Assembly: GCA_965242725.1 (NCBI GenBank)
Contig: CBDESZ010000031.1
Coordinates: 64,001 to 128,000 of the forward strand
Source of the DNA: Alkalispirochaeta sp.
Lineage (GTDB): Bacteria; Spirochaetota; Spirochaetia; DSM-27196; Alkalispirochaetaceae
Length of the DNA stretch: 64,000 bases
Direction: 5' to 3'
Shown here: positions 62,239-64,000 of the stretch, piece after piece
Position numbering within the stretch: the stretch's first letter is position 1
Layout of the letters: every line of letters starts with the position of its first letter
The notes under the pieces: generated by a model
The model's database searches: none
Told to the model about the DNA's origin: nothing
Seen by the model: only the letters and a program-made list of their open reading frames with translations
Made by a program: the position numbers and the translations under genes

Positions 62239-62609
62239 CGGGTCGGGTCGGAAATGTCGTCTATCCCCTTCGGACGGCCGAGAATCTCCTTCATGACGAT
62301 CGCCCGCTGCAACGGCGGATAGCGATCGAACCGTTTCAGCGAGGCCGCTTCGGTGGTACCGGAAGAGACGGATGCCTCGACAAGCGGTCTGTATTCCCCA
62401 CCGGCGGGGAAATTGGAACTGATCTGCGAAAAGCGGTCCGCCCCGTGCCCAACCCGCCGACCACGTAGAACGTCGCTACGACGGTCCGACTCCTGCGTAT
62501 ATTGCATCCGCGCCGCCCGTCGGCGCCTGCGGGAGCGCATGACCAGGAGATAGAGCGGAAGGGATGCGAGAAAGAGCGCCCCGATCAGCTCGAGGAGGGA
62601 ATCGATCAT
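62232..62609 (-). CDS. small membrane-anchored protein (YqfB-like) of the floA operon
   Basis: N-terminal TM segment, C-terminal [14 protein letters not shown], and coupling to floA. Confidence 0.6.
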   Translation of the reverse strand: MIDSLLELIGALFLASLPLYLLVMRSRRRRRAARMQYTQESDRRSDVLRGRRVGHGADRFSQISSNFPAGGEYRPLVEASVSSGTTEAASLKRFDRYPPLQRAIVMKEILGRPKGIDDISDPTRY

Positions 62610-63637
62610 TGACCGGATTCTCCTCCGGAGGGCGATCCATCCTCGCCGCCGATGGCGTTGCGCATCTGGGTATCCGCCTGGACGTTCCGCAGGCGATAGT
62701 AGTCCATAATTCCAAGATGACCTTCCCGGAACGCCTCGGCGATGGCGGTAGGAATTTCGGCCTCCGCGAGGACAACTTTGGCGCGGTTCTCCTGAACCTG
62801 GGCGCGCATCTCCTGTTCCTTTGCCTCCGCAGCGGCGCGTCGCTTCTCCGCTTCCGCCTGAAAACGTCGCTTGTCCGCCTCCGCCTGGTCCGCCTGCAGC
62901 TTGGCACCGACGTTCTGGGCGACATCGATATCGGCTATATCAATGGACAGAATCTCAAAGGCCGTCCCCGCGTCGAGCCCTTTTTCCAGGACACGTCGGG
63001 AAATGAGATCAGGGTTCTCCAGGACTGCTTTGTACGTCTCGGAAGAGCCGATGGTGGTGACGATGCCCTCGCCGACACGGGCGATGATCGTTTCCTCGGT
63101 GGCGCCGCCGACGAGGCGTTCGATATTTGCCCGGACGGTGACACGGGCCTTCACCCGTAGCTGAATGCCGTCTTTGGCCACCGCCTCGATCGCCTCCTTC
63201 CCCTTGGAAGGATCGGGACAGTCGATAACCTTTGGATTGACGCTTGTTTTCACCGCGTCGAGTACGTCGCGCCCCGCCAGGTCGATTGCCGCGGACCGCT
63301 GAAAGTTCAACGGAATATTCGCCTTGCTCGCCGCCACGAGGGCCTGGCTTACTCGGGGGACATCGCCCCGTGCGAGATAGTGTGTCTCCAGAAGATCGGG
63401 GTCCATGGGAATCCCCGCCTTCACCAGGACAATACGACTGTCGACGATCACCGACGGATTCACCTTACGGAGCCACATGCCGATGATGCGTGTGATCGGT
63501 ACCGGCGCACCCGACAGGAGCGCCCTGAACCACAGTCCGAAAAAGCGTACAAAGACGAAAATGACGCCCACCGCCAGCAGCCCGAGCACGACATAGAGAA
63601 TAATCATCTCAAATCCCAGATTAAGACCCATCTTCAT
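62606..63637 (-). CDS. floA: flotillin-like protein FloA (YqfA)
   Basis: [72 protein letters not shown]. Confidence 0.93.
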   Translation of the reverse strand: MKMGLNLGFEMIILYVVLGLLAVGVIFVFVRFFGLWFRALLSGAPVPITRIIGMWLRKVNPSVIVDSRIVLVKAGIPMDPDLLETHYLARGDVPRVSQALVAASKANIPLNFQRSAAIDLAGRDVLDAVKTSVNPKVIDCPDPSKGKEAIEAVAKDGIQLRVKARVTVRANIERLVGGATEETIIARVGEGIVTTIGSSETYKAVLENPDLISRRVLEKGLDAGTAFEILSIDIADIDVAQNVGAKLQADQAEADKRRFQAEAEKRRAAAEAKEQEMRAQVQENRAKVVLAEAEIPTAIAEAFREGHLGIMDYYRLRNVQADTQMRNAIGGEDGSPSGGESGQ

Positions 63638-64000
63638 ACCTCCTTACGACGATCCGGGCGCCTTCCACGGCGGTCACCACGACGGGTGTCCCGGATTCCA
63701 GAAACTCACCGGCTGTCACGACACTCACCCGGCTTCCGGAGAAATCGGCGGTGCCGCCTGGATGCAGAGTCGTCAGCGACCTGCCCGTGGCACCTACACT
63801 GACGGCGTTGTCTTCTACTCCCGGTGATGTGGACTGATCCGTTGCGAGAATCATTCGTCTGCCGAAGAAACTTCTCGGAAATCGCCGGAAGCCGCCAAAC
63901 ACCACCGTCGGTACCACCACAAGGGCGGCAAGAAGGAGCACCGTTCCCCATGGTTCGGGATGAGACCGGAAACCGTGAACCACCGCGCCGACCACCGTCG
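63621..64000 (-). CDS. NfeD-family protein, C-terminal part (runs off the window)
   Basis: TM segments followed by OB-fold G.SLT.LHPGG.A...V.VV..GEF...G..V.V..VEG.RIVV. Upstream of floA. Confidence 0.85.
   Translation of the reverse strand, partial: TVVGAVVHGFRSHPEPWGTVLLLAALVVVPTVVFGGFRRFPRSFFGRRMILATDQSTSPGVEDNAVSVGATGRSLTTLHPGGTADFSGSRVSVVTAGEFLESGTPVVVTAVEGARIVVRRYEDGS

Noticed and set aside
1..64000. CRISPR arrays, tRNA/rRNA genes, transposases, integrases or phage genes
   Set aside because: None were seen by eye or in the ORF track.

Overview
A bacterial chromosomal segment, probably from a free-living spirochaete: both sugar-binding proteins carry the (F/W)AGGQGE leader. About 45 kb (4.7-49 kb) is an inositol/cyclitol catabolic supercluster. 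It contains a Thermotoga-type iolM-iolG-iolN-iolO module, a canonical iolE-iolD-iolC-iolB-iolG module, second copies of iolB and iolD, three IolE-like dehydratases, seven Gfo/Idh/MocA dehydrogenases, a sugar ABC importer and six regulators. No iolJ or iolA is visible. Two unusual operons sit inside the cluster instead. The first encodes a CoA-acylating aldehyde dehydrogenase, a CoA-transferase-fold protein apparently lacking the catalytic Glu, an HMG-CoA-lyase-family enzyme and a split transketolase. The second encodes a non-canonical transaldolase-family protein and a second acylating aldehyde dehydrogenase, next to a decayed carboxyltransferase. A shared TTATCAGACAA operator-like motif links the second operon to the iol genes. 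I infer these are undescribed lower routes for 2-deoxy-5-keto-gluconate. A ROK-regulated polyol cluster with a sedoheptulokinase-like kinase follows (49.7-62.2 kb), then an nfeD-floA operon. The left end has a GNAT-histidine kinase fusion, an SDR and cfa. Frameshifts at about 5.2 kb and 15.6-20.6 kb are all insertions and look like sequencing errors, while two internally deleted genes look like real pseudogenes. All family calls are from motif recognition, not database searches.
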